A DNA stretch of 59,527 nucleotides, from positions 1-59,527 of the IMG/VR virus record IMGVR_UViG_3300022935_000018. One strand, 5' to 3'. Below the pieces are notes generated by a model that was not told the DNA's origin, searched no databases, and worked only from the letters and a program-made list of their open reading frames with translations. This stretch comes from a virus (taxonomy: Duplodnaviria; Caudoviricetes). The translations under genes and the position numbers were made by a program. Shown piece by piece: positions 47,307 to 57,903 of this stretch. Numbering within the stretch: the first letter of the stretch is position 1; every line of letters begins with the position of its first letter.

Positions 47307-50300
47307 ATGGCAAAACGTAAAATTAACGATTATATATTTCACCAAGGTATTCCTTACAGCGAAAACTTGATGCCTAATGCCTATTGGCTAATTCAAAACA
47401 ATGTTGAGTTTATTGTTGACGAAGTTCGCGAATGGATTAACTACAAGATTTTAAACGCAAATTCTTATACCCCAACTGATGTAGTTTATACACCAGGAAC
47501 CGGTGTAATGGTAATAACAATCGGCACACACAATATTATTCCGGGTGATGCTATTAGAATTGCTACAAACGGATTAACATTTACTTGTGCTAGAGATAAT
47601 AATGCATCAACCCATTCTTATCCAAGAGCCACTGGCGTGCCTAATTCTACTGGACACGATCCTTCATACAACACACCTGTAGAAGTTCTTGCTACAACAA
47701 GCACAACTATTACAGTTAATGTAGGTATTTCATCAGACAGTACTGTTCACACGTTTGTAGGAGCATTACCAAATGCTATCACAGACAACTTTGACGGCTA
47801 TGTAAACGATAGCGACGACAAGTGTGAACGTGATATGCGTTATAACCTAATTGGCGGCGACGAATATAATACAGTTACAGATCAGCCAGGCGGTTTATTA
47901 CACGATATAAGATATGGCGGTAACGAACAAGCACGTTATCTTGCTTCTAAATATTGGGATAGAGCAATTCCACAAATTGACGGAGACCGCTGGCCTGAAA
48001 AAGCGGCAAAAGCCTTTGCTAGACTTTTAATTAACGATTACATTTTAACTAACACAGCATTTCCATCAAGACAAAGTGTAACTACACAAACAATTAACAG
48101 TGAATACATTGCTGAATCAGGTGCAGGCGATCAAGTAACAAAAGTTCTTGTAGATACAATTGGTAAAGTAATTGTAGAAGGTACTTCCTTTATGCCCGAC
48201 CTAGAACACGCTAAAATTAGTAGATGTTTATTTCCAACAAAGGTCACGCAGGATAACTTATTATTAATTACAAATACTACAAACAATAATGTATTGTTTA
48301 ACTTTAGTGATCCTTCAAAAGGTGCAAGTACAAAATATGTTTATGACAGTGTTGAATTTACACCAACATATGAATATTTTAGTAAGTTCTTAGAAACTAC
48401 AGATACTATTACACAGGTTTTATTTGATGTTGATACTAGAAACAACGAGTATCTACCAAATTCTAGATCATTAATTGCTAATAACAAAGAATTTTTAAAA
48501 GACGAAGTACGTGCTTGGATTGCAGATAATGTAGCAAATGCTAGTGCGTTTACACCAACTAATGTAGTTTACACACCTTTGACAGGTGTAATGGTAATTA
48601 CACTAGGCGCAGGCCACGGTTTAGACACTGGAGATTATATTAGAATTGCTCCTAACAGTTTAACATTTACTTGTGCAATGGATAATCATGCTACAGAACA
48701 TAACTATCCAAGAGCAAGTGGTTCAAATGCTCCAGGCGGACGCGATTATGCCTACGATTCTGCGTTACCTATTTTAGCCGCAGACGCAACAACTGTTACA
48801 GTTAACGTAGGTGTTTCTACTAATAAGTCAGAACATATTTTTGTAGAAGCAGACACGAATTCGGTTTATGATATTTGGTACAACTACACATACAATTCTG
48901 CTAAGTGTGAACGTGATACAGGTTTTAACTTAGATGCTATTGCACTTGATTTACAATATGGCGGTAACACAAATGTTAGAGATACAGCATCTAAATATTG
49001 GGTAGGACCTACTCCACAAATTGACGGAAGTAGAGTACAAGAAATTAAAGCCAAAGAGTTTTTAAGAGATTTAATTAATAATTTCATTTTACCTAAATCA
49101 GTTTGGCCAACAAAGCAAACAGGAACTCCAGAAACAACACAATACTTTGGTAACGGTGTAGCAGAATTAGGAACTGGAGCAAGAATTACAGAATTAATTG
49201 GAATCATTACTACTGTAATTGAAAACGGATTAGGATTTTTACCGACCGAAGAACAGTCTACGATTTGGAGTGAAAACGATACTTTATCAATATTTGTTGA
49301 CCAAGGTGATTTGAAAACAAGACCATATGACTTTGGTACTGACGCTATTGAAAGACACAGAGTTGCAAACGCTCTATCAATGCTTGATGCTGACTTTGAG
49401 TATGGATTACAACCTACTAAGTGGCAGGCGATTGGTACAATGCGTGGTTATCCTTCAACATACGAAGTACCAGGAACAGACACAGCAGTACAAGACGTAG
49501 TAACAGACGCATCAGATGGCTCAAGCGGAGTTGGTCAATCATTAATTACAGTTACAACAGTTGGCCCACACGGTGTCGAACCAGGCCAACCTATTACTAT
49601 TAGAGGTTTAGACGGTGCTGTACAAGGTAACGGTCGTGCTGAAGGTACATTTATTGTAAACACAGCACCAACTAATAATACATTCACTTACTATGCAAAA
49701 GCAAAAGTTGGTACAGTTGCTGGAACATCGTTAGTAACATTCTATACAATTTTAAGACAAGCGGCATTTTATACAGGTGCTGATATTCAAGGTGATACTC
49801 CATCTTATGAAGTAACAACTCAAGGTTCAGCAGGCTCGTTTTCACTAGCACTTGGTTCTGCTTCAGGACAAGATAGACTAGCAATTCAAGGAAACCCACC
49901 AGAACTCGGTGCTCCACTTGTATCAACTGGTGGCGGTATTCCTTTAGGTTCTCAGGTAACTGGTTCTGTGGGTGCAGGTGGAATTATTACAACACCAACT
50001 ACAACGTCAGATACTCCACAGGGGTCGTTTACAATTGATGTAGAAAATGCTTCCGCAGTTGAGATTGGTTCTGCTGTCGATAGAGGTGATGCTACTGCGG
50101 CTTTCGTTACACAAGTTGTAGGAAATACATTAACAATTGACACTGCGACAACTAGAGAATTGATTGGTAATAATGTTACGTACACAGGACTAACAGGAGC
50201 AAATGATAGTTCAATTGGTAACGGTGCTACATTTGATGTAACAAGAACAACTGGCGTATACAATGTTACTATTGCCGACACTGGTCAAGATTATCAAATA

Positions 50301-53300
50301 GGTGACAACATTGTAATTAGCGGTGGTCAAGTTGGCGGAGCAGACGGAATAAATGATATACGTATTATTATTGAAACTGTTGATACTGGAGGCGAAGTTT
50401 TAACATTCACTTTCTCAGGTGACGGCTTTGATGGCAACGGAACATTCTTTACACAGAGCGGAGAATTACAAGGCGGTACAGGTACTGGTGGTAATTTTGA
50501 TGTTACATATACAAACAATGTATACACAGCAACAATTTCATCTCCAGATACATCCTCTGGTTACACAATCGGTGACGTATTAAGAATTGACGGTTTCGAA
50601 CTAGGTGGTACTTCTGTAACTAACGATCTTACAATGACAGTTGACGCCATTGGTGTTGGTGGATCTATTACTAGTGTTGTAAGTTCAGGTACAGCAGTTG
50701 ACGCAGATGTTTCTTATCCTTCGCCGACACGTACATCAAATACAGTTGCAGGTGTTGATGCAGACTTTAACATTCAACGAATTGGAACTTCGTATTTTGT
50801 TACTATAACAAATGGTGGTTCAGGTTATTTGGCCGCTGAGACATTTACAGTACTTGGCTCAGAATTAGGTGGTACCGATGGTATTAACAATGCTACTGTT
50901 ACTATTACATCAGTTGGTGTAAGTGGTGATATTACTGGCGCTTCAGTTGCTGGTACTGCGGCTAACACCAAAGCATATCCGGTAATCACTACAGCACAAC
51001 GAGTTGTTGGTAATGGAGCAGAATTTACAGTTGATTTGGCAAACGGGACATATACATTAACATTAGAGTCAGCAGGACAAAACTATGGCGTTGACCAAGA
51101 ACTTATTATTAGAGGTACAAATCTTGGAGGTGCAAGTCCTACTAATGACGTAACTATTACAGTTACAGCAGTACAAGCCGACGGCGGAATTACTACATAT
51201 ACATTTGCTGGCACAGGTGCAACAGGTAGTGGAAGTTATAATGCAGTCATTGGACAAAATGACTCTAACGCAGGATCTAATGCAGTATTTGACATAACAC
51301 GAAGTGGTGGAAACTATACATTAGTGATAGCAACTGATGAAGGTAGTGGATATAAAGTAGGTGATAGAATTATTATCCCTGGAGACGAACTTGGAGGCGC
51401 AACACCTACAAACGATTTAACATTGCGTTGTACACTTGAGTCAACTGAAGGAAATTTTGTTGGTATTAGTGCTAGTGGTACAGCAGTTTCAGGCGACACT
51501 TTAGACCTTTATAGTTCTGTAACAATGTCAGAAGAAACTACTTCAACTATTGCACAGTCAACTGTTATTACGTACAGTGCATTAGCAAGTATTAGAATTA
51601 CATTTAATACACCACACGGACTTGTTCCTGGTGATTCGTTTGCTGTTACAGTAGGATCAGACGACGGATCAAATAACCATGCACTTGCGGCTGGACCTTT
51701 TAGTGCAACAGCAGTTCCAAGTTTAACAACTTTAGAATATCAATGTAGATCGCCAGGCTTTATTGATACTGGTACAAACAACGATACTCCTATCATTGGT
51801 AACGTTTATCCAAGACCAGATTCGTTCTTTATTCACAGACCATATGACGGTGGTGTACAGTTAGGAACGGGAGGACCGCAACACGGTGCTCAGGCAATTC
51901 GTCAGAGTAAAAAATACATTCGTTACCAATCAGGTAAGGGTATTATGTATACCACTGGTGCTCTATTTGCACCAAGTTACAATATTCTTAATATTACCTC
52001 TGACGGTACAGTTCCCGGTTCTACTATTACTGTTACTACAGATGAAACAGAACACGGTTTACAAGTTGGCGGTATAATTAAAATTATTGGTGTTGACACA
52101 TTAGGATACAATGGAACATATACTGTTACAGATGTTAATGACGAAAACGAATTTGAAGTAATTGCACACACTACACTAGGATCAACTAATCCAGAACTAA
52201 GTTCAGAGTGTCAAGTATCATTAAGCAAGTTCCATGGTGCAACTGTGCGTTCAGGCGCATTTGATGATCAAAATGGTATCTTCTTTGAATATGATGGTAC
52301 ACAATTTAGTGCTGTACAAAGAACTGCTACATTGCAGTTAGCAGGTGTTGTGGATATCGAAGTAGATGCAAACACTGTTACAGGTAGTGGAACAAGATTT
52401 AGAGAACAATTAAAAGCAGGCGACAGAATTGTGCTTAAAGGTATGACACACGTTGTAACAAATGTTGTTAATAATACTACTATGTATGTTGCACCTGACT
52501 TCCGTGGTGTTACAGATGTTAGAGCAAGTAAGATTTGTTTGGTTAGAGACAAGAAAACAGAACAAAAGAACTTTAACAAAGACCGAGGTGACGGTACTGG
52601 ACCAAGCGGATACAACATTGACATCAGTAAGATGCAGATGGTTGGTATTCAGTATTCATGGTATGGTGCTGGTTTTATTGACTATATGCTACGTGGTTCA
52701 AATGGTGAGTTTGTATTCATGCACAGAATGAGAAACTCAAACGTAAACACAGAAGCATTTATGCGTACAGGTAATATGCCGGTGCGTTATGAAATTACCA
52801 ATGAAGGACCAAGTGGCAAACTATCACAAGATATGGATGATTCACAGCAATTTATTCCATTGCAAGAGGCTAGTTTCTTCCCACCAGATGGTGGCGTTGT
52901 TTACATTGATGGTGAAATGATTAGATTTACTGGTATAAGTGGTAAAAACTTAACTGGTTGTACTAGAGCCGCAACAATGACTAACTTTGCATCAGGTGCT
53001 ACAAGAACATATTCCGGTGGTGGAGCAGAAGCACATACAAGAAACACAGGAGTTGTGTTAATTAGTAACACTGCTTCTCCAAATATTTCACACTGGGGTT
53101 CTGCATTTATTACAGATGGTGGTTTTGACAGTGATAGAGGATACTTATTCTCATACAAATCAACCGGAGTTCAAGTTACTACAACAAGAACAACATCATT
53201 CTTGCTTAGACTAGCGCCATCAGTGTCCAACGCACTAGTTGGAGACTTAGGTGAACGTGAACTTCTAAACAGAGCACAGTTACTACTTGAAGGTCTTGAG

Positions 53301-54293
53301 ATTACAACAGACCAACCTACAACAGGGGACACGGGCGGTATTGTTATTGAAGGTATTTTGAATCCACAGAACTATCCACTTAACCCATCAGACGTTGGTT
53401 GGCAGGGGCTATCAGGACTTGCACAAGGTGGACAGCCAAGTTTTGCACAGGTAGCACCAGGTGGTTCTACTAACTGGAACTCAGGTGACATTCCGACTAC
53501 TGCTGACGTTACTACCCAAGCACCAATTACTGCAAGTATCACAGGTGTTGATAGAGGATATAGAAGCAATAACGATTACTGGGATAATGCTGTAAGAACA
53601 GGAAGAAACTTCTTCTGGATTCAAGAGTCATTTTATTCTGCTAACACAGATTTATTCCAAACTGGTATTGAAATTGATTCTCCAACATACTTCCCTGCAG
53701 GAACTACTATTACACAGATTGGTTCATGGACAACTTCTTCTGCTTCTTCTGGAACAATTAGACCAATCTATCTAAGTTCAAATGGGTTACAAAACGTTAC
53801 TAGTGGAAATGTTAACTTAACATTTAAGAGAACATTTAAAGATGCACCTACTAACAACATCTTCTTTAATAAGACTAGTTTTGAAAATGCTGGTGTAGCA
53901 CAAGGTACAAACGTAAGTGACACTAGATTCCCAGCAGGAACACAGGTAACGTCATTAACTTTAGAAAGTTATAACAGTACTGAATATTACAGTGTTGTGT
54001 TTAACCAAACTTCAGACAACAGTGCTATTACTGCAGGTACTACAACTATTGAATTTGAATTTGTGCAACCACCGTTTGCTCAACCAGGTGAAACAATCTT
54101 CTCATTCATTGCACAACCTGGAGAGCGTTCAACACTAGACTTGTCGTTCATTAAAGAATTGACCAACACTACACTAGGTGGTAGAGGTACATTCCCGAAC
54201 GGGCCAGACGTACTAGCAATTAACGTGTATAAGACGTCAGGCGCGGGTATTACCAGTAATATTGTACTACGTTGGTCGGAAGCACAGGCTTAA
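47307..54293 (+). CDS. Giant virion protein (2328 aa) with two phycobiliprotein-like domains and five beta repeats
   Basis: Thr/Gly-rich and modular; KCERD twice; lectin-like block (IRYQSGKG, QYSWYGAG). Confidence 0.75.
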   Translation: MAKRKINDYIFHQGIPYSENLMPNAYWLIQNNVEFIVDEVREWINYKILNANSYTPTDVVYTPGTGVMVITIGTHNIIPGDAIRIATNGLTFTCARDNNASTHSYPRATGVPNSTGHDPSYNTPVEVLATTSTTITVNVGISSDSTVHTFVGALPNAITDNFDGYVNDSDDKCERDMRYNLIGGDEYNTVTDQPGGLLHDIRYGGNEQARYLASKYWDRAIPQIDGDRWPEKAAKAFARLLINDYILTNTAFPSRQSVTTQTINSEYIAESGAGDQVTKVLVDTIGKVIVEGTSFMPDLEHAKISRCLFPTKVTQDNLLLITNTTNNNVLFNFSDPSKGASTKYVYDSVEFTPTYEYFSKFLETTDTITQVLFDVDTRNNEYLPNSRSLIANNKEFLKDEVRAWIADNVANASAFTPTNVVYTPLTGVMVITLGAGHGLDTGDYIRIAPNSLTFTCAMDNHATEHNYPRASGSNAPGGRDYAYDSALPILAADATTVTVNVGVSTNKSEHIFVEADTNSVYDIWYNYTYNSAKCERDTGFNLDAIALDLQYGGNTNVRDTASKYWVGPTPQIDGSRVQEIKAKEFLRDLINNFILPKSVWPTKQTGTPETTQYFGNGVAELGTGARITELIGIITTVIENGLGFLPTEEQSTIWSENDTLSIFVDQGDLKTRPYDFGTDAIERHRVANALSMLDADFEYGLQPTKWQAIGTMRGYPSTYEVPGTDTAVQDVVTDASDGSSGVGQSLITVTTVGPHGVEPGQPITIRGLDGAVQGNGRAEGTFIVNTAPTNNTFTYYAKAKVGTVAGTSLVTFYTILRQAAFYTGADIQGDTPSYEVTTQGSAGSFSLALGSASGQDRLAIQGNPPELGAPLVSTGGGIPLGSQVTGSVGAGGIITTPTTTSDTPQGSFTIDVENASAVEIGSAVDRGDATAAFVTQVVGNTLTIDTATTRELIGNNVTYTGLTGANDSSIGNGATFDVTRTTGVYNVTIADTGQDYQIGDNIVISGGQVGGADGINDIRIIIETVDTGGEVLTFTFSGDGFDGNGTFFTQSGELQGGTGTGGNFDVTYTNNVYTATISSPDTSSGYTIGDVLRIDGFELGGTSVTNDLTMTVDAIGVGGSITSVVSSGTAVDADVSYPSPTRTSNTVAGVDADFNIQRIGTSYFVTITNGGSGYLAAETFTVLGSELGGTDGINNATVTITSVGVSGDITGASVAGTAANTKAYPVITTAQRVVGNGAEFTVDLANGTYTLTLESAGQNYGVDQELIIRGTNLGGASPTNDVTITVTAVQADGGITTYTFAGTGATGSGSYNAVIGQNDSNAGSNAVFDITRSGGNYTLVIATDEGSGYKVGDRIIIPGDELGGATPTNDLTLRCTLESTEGNFVGISASGTAVSGDTLDLYSSVTMSEETTSTIAQSTVITYSALASIRITFNTPHGLVPGDSFAVTVGSDDGSNNHALAAGPFSATAVPSLTTLEYQCRSPGFIDTGTNNDTPIIGNVYPRPDSFFIHRPYDGGVQLGTGGPQHGAQAIRQSKKYIRYQSGKGIMYTTGALFAPSYNILNITSDGTVPGSTITVTTDETEHGLQVGGIIKIIGVDTLGYNGTYTVTDVNDENEFEVIAHTTLGSTNPELSSECQVSLSKFHGATVRSGAFDDQNGIFFEYDGTQFSAVQRTATLQLAGVVDIEVDANTVTGSGTRFREQLKAGDRIVLKGMTHVVTNVVNNTTMYVAPDFRGVTDVRASKICLVRDKKTEQKNFNKDRGDGTGPSGYNIDISKMQMVGIQYSWYGAGFIDYMLRGSNGEFVFMHRMRNSNVNTEAFMRTGNMPVRYEITNEGPSGKLSQDMDDSQQFIPLQEASFFPPDGGVVYIDGEMIRFTGISGKNLTGCTRAATMTNFASGATRTYSGGGAEAHTRNTGVVLISNTASPNISHWGSAFITDGGFDSDRGYLFSYKSTGVQVTTTRTTSFLLRLAPSVSNALVGDLGERELLNRAQLLLEGLEITTDQPTTGDTGGIVIEGILNPQNYPLNPSDVGWQGLSGLAQGGQPSFAQVAPGGSTNWNSGDIPTTADVTTQAPITASITGVDRGYRSNNDYWDNAVRTGRNFFWIQESFYSANTDLFQTGIEIDSPTYFPAGTTITQIGSWTTSSASSGTIRPIYLSSNGLQNVTSGNVNLTFKRTFKDAPTNNIFFNKTSFENAGVAQGTNVSDTRFPAGTQVTSLTLESYNSTEYYSVVFNQTSDNSAITAGTTTIEFEFVQPPFAQPGETIFSFIAQPGERSTLDLSFIKELTNTTLGGRGTFPNGPDVLAINVYKTSGAGITSNIVLRWSEAQA
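50217..51480 (+). repeat. Five ~87-aa coding repeats (G.GA.F......Y...I...G..Y..GD...I.G..LGG....ND)
   Basis: Visible in the translation; diverged at DNA level. Confidence 0.8.
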
Positions 54294-54694
54294 TCTAAAG
54301 TCGGCGGTGGATTATTTTTCTTTATAACGTCTTTTTGACTGTCACCTGGTATAATGCGGTAGTTATCTTCAACACTATCAGGTGTACTTACTTCACTAAT
54401 AGAACTATTAGGCTCTAATGCTATAAGTTGGTGTGGTTGTAATGGAGGATTATGCCAAGTGTCGCCAGGAGCAAGTTCTTTTGTATATAAAACAGCATCT
54501 TTTGTATCAATCCATTTAACTTCAAAGCGTCCACTGTTAACAAACCACGTTTCGTCCTTCTCTTTATGAAAATGCATGGAAAATTTTGAGCCTGCTTTTT
54601 CAAATACCATAATTTTACCACAGTACTTGTCGTTGGTTGCCCAGATTAACTCGTAACCCCAGCCTTTTTCTACTTTACCTTCAAGTCGACTCAT
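54290..54694 (-). CDS. Cupin, sugar isomerase-like (mannose-6-phosphate/lyxose isomerase type)
   Basis: KGWGYE, SMHFHKEKDETW, PPLQPHQL, EVSTPD. Confidence 0.75.
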   Translation of the reverse strand: MSRLEGKVEKGWGYELIWATNDKYCGKIMVFEKAGSKFSMHFHKEKDETWFVNSGRFEVKWIDTKDAVLYTKELAPGDTWHNPPLQPHQLIALEPNSSISEVSTPDSVEDNYRIIPGDSQKDVIKKNNPPPTLD

Positions 54695-55398
54695 TTTTTA
54701 CTCCATTTATCTCTAAATTTTTTATATGCACCTCGAAATTTACTTTGAAATATCATATTACTGATAAAACTTGCTTCATATTTTTCTTTATCTTCGTCTT
54801 GTACCGAAAAATTCATGTCTGCAAGTTTAATTGGCACATACATTGCTAAAGGTGTACCTTTTTCTATCAAAAATTCACCTTCTTTTTTAATTAGTAGTTG
54901 TTGATTAACCTGATGGCTCCATTCGGTATGTGTTACACCGGGCATACACTCAAAAATTTCATTAAAATCATAAAACATTGGTAATTGCATCATTGCCCAA
55001 CCTGGACTTGTGCGTACACGCCAAGGGCAATCTGTTTTTGCAACACATAAAAACTGATTTTTTACATTTTCTGGTAAATGATTTCTAAATTGCTCACCAT
55101 AATGTAAACTCATGGTAAAATCTTCATTACTTGAATGCCATGCAAAGTTATCTTTATCAACTTTTATGTGAAAATCACACCACATAGTAACTACATAGGC
55201 ATTTTTAAAATAATCTACAAAGCCAGGACAATTTTTTAGTGTACCTTTGTCAGTGTAATTGTCCTCTTGTAAAAATTGAGGCATATTTTTAAACCAGTTA
55301 GGTAAAAATTTAGTGGCTGGTTGTATTGGTTCTACTTTTGATAACCCCGGAACTACACTCCACCACTCAACTTTACAATTATTTTTATTTTGACTCAT
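54691..55398 (-). CDS. Hypothetical protein (possibly DUF6065 / dUTPase-like fold)
   Basis: TLKNCPGF.D, PW...TSPGW, IEKGTPL..Y.P pattern; function unknown. Confidence 0.5.
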   Translation of the reverse strand: MSQNKNNCKVEWWSVVPGLSKVEPIQPATKFLPNWFKNMPQFLQEDNYTDKGTLKNCPGFVDYFKNAYVVTMWCDFHIKVDKDNFAWHSSNEDFTMSLHYGEQFRNHLPENVKNQFLCVAKTDCPWRVRTSPGWAMMQLPMFYDFNEIFECMPGVTHTEWSHQVNQQLLIKKEGEFLIEKGTPLAMYVPIKLADMNFSVQDEDKEKYEASFISNMIFQSKFRGAYKKFRDKWSKK

Positions 55399-56209
55399 GT
55401 ATCCATTCTTCCGGTCTGATAAAGGAATGATCGATGTGTGATAGAGTATTTTTCATATCAGCACAAGTGTATTCTTGATATTGACCACGTAAATTCTCAG
55501 GCATAGGAATTTGTACAATTTTTGCATTGTATTTTTTAGCCACTGCTTCAGCAATACTCTTAAAAGAACGTGCTACACCAGTGCCTACGTTAAAAATACC
55601 ACTTTCATCAACCTCTAACATCTTTTCGTGAATTAAGCAAACGTCTTGTACGCTAATGAAGTCACGAAGATAGTTTTCACTGTTTTCAAAAAGTAAAATT
55701 TCGCCTGTTTCTTTGGCTTGTTTTGTAAATTTAGTTACTGGACTGGCTTGATTAGCCTTGTGACCTTCACCGTGACCGTAAACATTAAAATATCTAAATC
55801 CCTGGATGCTGATTTTAAAATCGTTTTTAAATTCGTTAATCCATCTATCGATCAAATACTTGCTCCAAGCATACGGACTCTGAGGGAAACATTTTGAATC
55901 CTCACAAAATCCGTCATAACCAGGACCGTATACACTTGCTGAACTAGCATATTGTATGCTGGTACCCATCATATCACAGATTTCAATTAGTTTCATTGTA
56001 AATTCATAGTTTTGCTTTAATACTTTTTCTACATCATGTTCAGTAGTACTTGAAATAGCACCTAAATGGATAACACGATCGTATAATGAAGCATCCGGGT
56101 ACTTGTTTTCTTGCCATTCCCAACCTTCTACATCGTGCCCTTTATACTTTAGGTATGAAGCAAGATTACTTCCAATAAAACCTTTGTTTCCTGTTACTAA
56201 AATTTTCAT
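55385..56209 (-). CDS. hldD: ADP-L-glycero-D-manno-heptose 6-epimerase
   Basis: VTG..GFIGSNL, HLGAISSTTE, YASSASVYG, YAWSK, GFRYFNVYG..E.HK, RDFISV.DV, IP.PE.L.G.YQ.YT.AD. Confidence 0.9.
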   Translation of the reverse strand: MKILVTGNKGFIGSNLASYLKYKGHDVEGWEWQENKYPDASLYDRVIHLGAISSTTEHDVEKVLKQNYEFTMKLIEICDMMGTSIQYASSASVYGPGYDGFCEDSKCFPQSPYAWSKYLIDRWINEFKNDFKISIQGFRYFNVYGHGEGHKANQASPVTKFTKQAKETGEILLFENSENYLRDFISVQDVCLIHEKMLEVDESGIFNVGTGVARSFKSIAEAVAKKYNAKIVQIPMPENLRGQYQEYTCADMKNTLSHIDHSFIRPEEWIHESK

Positions 56210-57456
56210 TCTTTTATTTTCTCTATAATGCTTGTTGTCGAACTACCTTCAACTGTTGGAAAAATTTCAACAGGATACAGTTCATGACCGACAACTGTTT
56301 CAATTGTATAATCTCCGCCTTTAATAATCAAGTCCGGATTTACTCGTTTTAGTGTTTCGAGTGGCGTGTCTTCGTCAAATATAATAACTTCATCAACCCA
56401 TGGTAACAACTCGAGGTTGATTTTACGTTGCAGTTGATTATTAATAGGACGGTTTTCACCTTTTAGTCGTTTTGTACTGTTATCACTGTTAATACCAACA
56501 ATTAATTTTTTACCTTTTGACTTGGCAAATTTTAATAGTTGAAAATGTCCTTCATGTAATAGGTCAAATACTCCATTAGTCCAAACAACTTTAGGTTTCA
56601 AATCATCTTTTGTTATTACTGCAACACCTCTATGTTCAACAGTGCGTGCCGCGGCATAGCAAGCCATTTGACAACTATCAAAAATTGACATTCCTTGCTC
56701 TAACCCATAAGCAATAACAGCAAGAACAGTATCACCTGCACCGGTAACATCTGCAACTTCGTGTACAGGTTCTTGAAAATGTTTATATTTTAAATCATCA
56801 GCCAAAACATGAATACCTCGAGGACCATCTGTTACTACAAAGTACTTCCACCCGTATTCTTTCATTTTTAAAAGTGCAGTTTCTTTTTTAAATTCGCCAA
56901 ACCAATCCTTATACTCTTTCATGTTAGGTTTAACAAGATATGCACCTTTATAAAACTCGGGTGTTTGTTTGGGATCAACTAAAACTTTCTCAGTTTTTCT
57001 TAAAATATTACTAATTGTGTCTTTTTGAATAGTTCCTTTATTGTAATCACTAACACAAACAATATCACTGCTAGTTAATGAACTGTTAAGTTTTTCAAAA
57101 GCACCAAATCCGTTATATTTTTCTTCTCTGTCCCATCTTAAAATATGCTGTCCACCCTGACCAACTAGTCTTGTTTTTGTTGTAGTTGGATAATTTTCTA
57201 CTGATGTGTTAACTTCTAAATTAGTATCTTTTAAAAGTTCTAAAATTTTGTATCCTTCTTTGTCAGCACCAATAAAACCATATAAGCCTACTTCTCCGTT
57301 TATAGAAGAAATGTTTAATGCTAGATTTCCAGCACCACCGATACTGTATTTTTGTTCTGTTTCTCGTAAAACTGGAATAGGGGCTTCAGGACTTACTCTA
57401 TCTGCTACTCCGTGAATCCAGCGATCTAACATAATATCGCCAAAAACTTTAATCAT
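56206..57456 (-). CDS. hldE: Bifunctional heptose-7-phosphate kinase / heptose-1-phosphate adenylyltransferase
   Basis: GDIMLDR, RVSPEAPIPV, SDYNKG, DVTGAGDTV; TNGVFDLLHEGH, GINSD.S..RLKG..RP, KGGDY, GSSTT. Confidence 0.92.
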   Translation of the reverse strand: MIKVFGDIMLDRWIHGVADRVSPEAPIPVLRETEQKYSIGGAGNLALNISSINGEVGLYGFIGADKEGYKILELLKDTNLEVNTSVENYPTTTKTRLVGQGGQHILRWDREEKYNGFGAFEKLNSSLTSSDIVCVSDYNKGTIQKDTISNILRKTEKVLVDPKQTPEFYKGAYLVKPNMKEYKDWFGEFKKETALLKMKEYGWKYFVVTDGPRGIHVLADDLKYKHFQEPVHEVADVTGAGDTVLAVIAYGLEQGMSIFDSCQMACYAAARTVEHRGVAVITKDDLKPKVVWTNGVFDLLHEGHFQLLKFAKSKGKKLIVGINSDNSTKRLKGENRPINNQLQRKINLELLPWVDEVIIFDEDTPLETLKRVNPDLIIKGGDYTIETVVGHELYPVEIFPTVEGSSTTSIIEKIKE

Positions 57457-57457
57457 A

Positions 57458-57898
57458 TTAATTCTCTAACAAATCAATTAAATCAAAGACTGTTTTTAAT
57501 TTGGTTTGGTTTGTTTTGTTTTGAAGGGTATTGCGTAATCCTTGATGCAATGGTTTAGGCCATTTATTAAATGATGCCCAAGCATAACCGTCGTGTTCTT
57601 TATTTAGACTAGGAAGAAACTCTTGTTTAACAACCACCAAATAGGTATGAAAGTTAAACTGCTCATCTGTGCTTACAAAAGTTTCTAAAGGTATTGTTTT
57701 AAGGATTTTTGGAGTATCACCAACTTCTTCTTTGATTTCTCTTTTAAGAGCAACAATAGGAGTTTCGTCAGCCGTACCAGTACCGCCTACAAGGCCCCAA
57801 ACATTATTTTGTTTGCTTTGAGTCCTGTGTAAGAATAAGAATCTTTTGGTATCTAGTGCATAAAATAATGCACCACTGCACGAAATCTTCTGGCTCAT
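57458..57898 (-). CDS. Nudix hydrolase
   Basis: Nudix box G-TGTAD-E-TPIVALK-REIKEEVG. Confidence 0.9.
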   Translation of the reverse strand: MSQKISCSGALFYALDTKRFLFLHRTQSKQNNVWGLVGGTGTADETPIVALKREIKEEVGDTPKILKTIPLETFVSTDEQFNFHTYLVVVKQEFLPSLNKEHDGYAWASFNKWPKPLHQGLRNTLQNKTNQTKLKTVFDLIDLLEN

Positions 57899-57903
57899 AC
57901 TAA

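Noticed and set aside
23991-54293. Inteins or introns in the giant genes
   Set aside because: Inserts lack C/S...HN splice motifs and LAGLIDADG/HNH signatures, and the frames are uninterrupted
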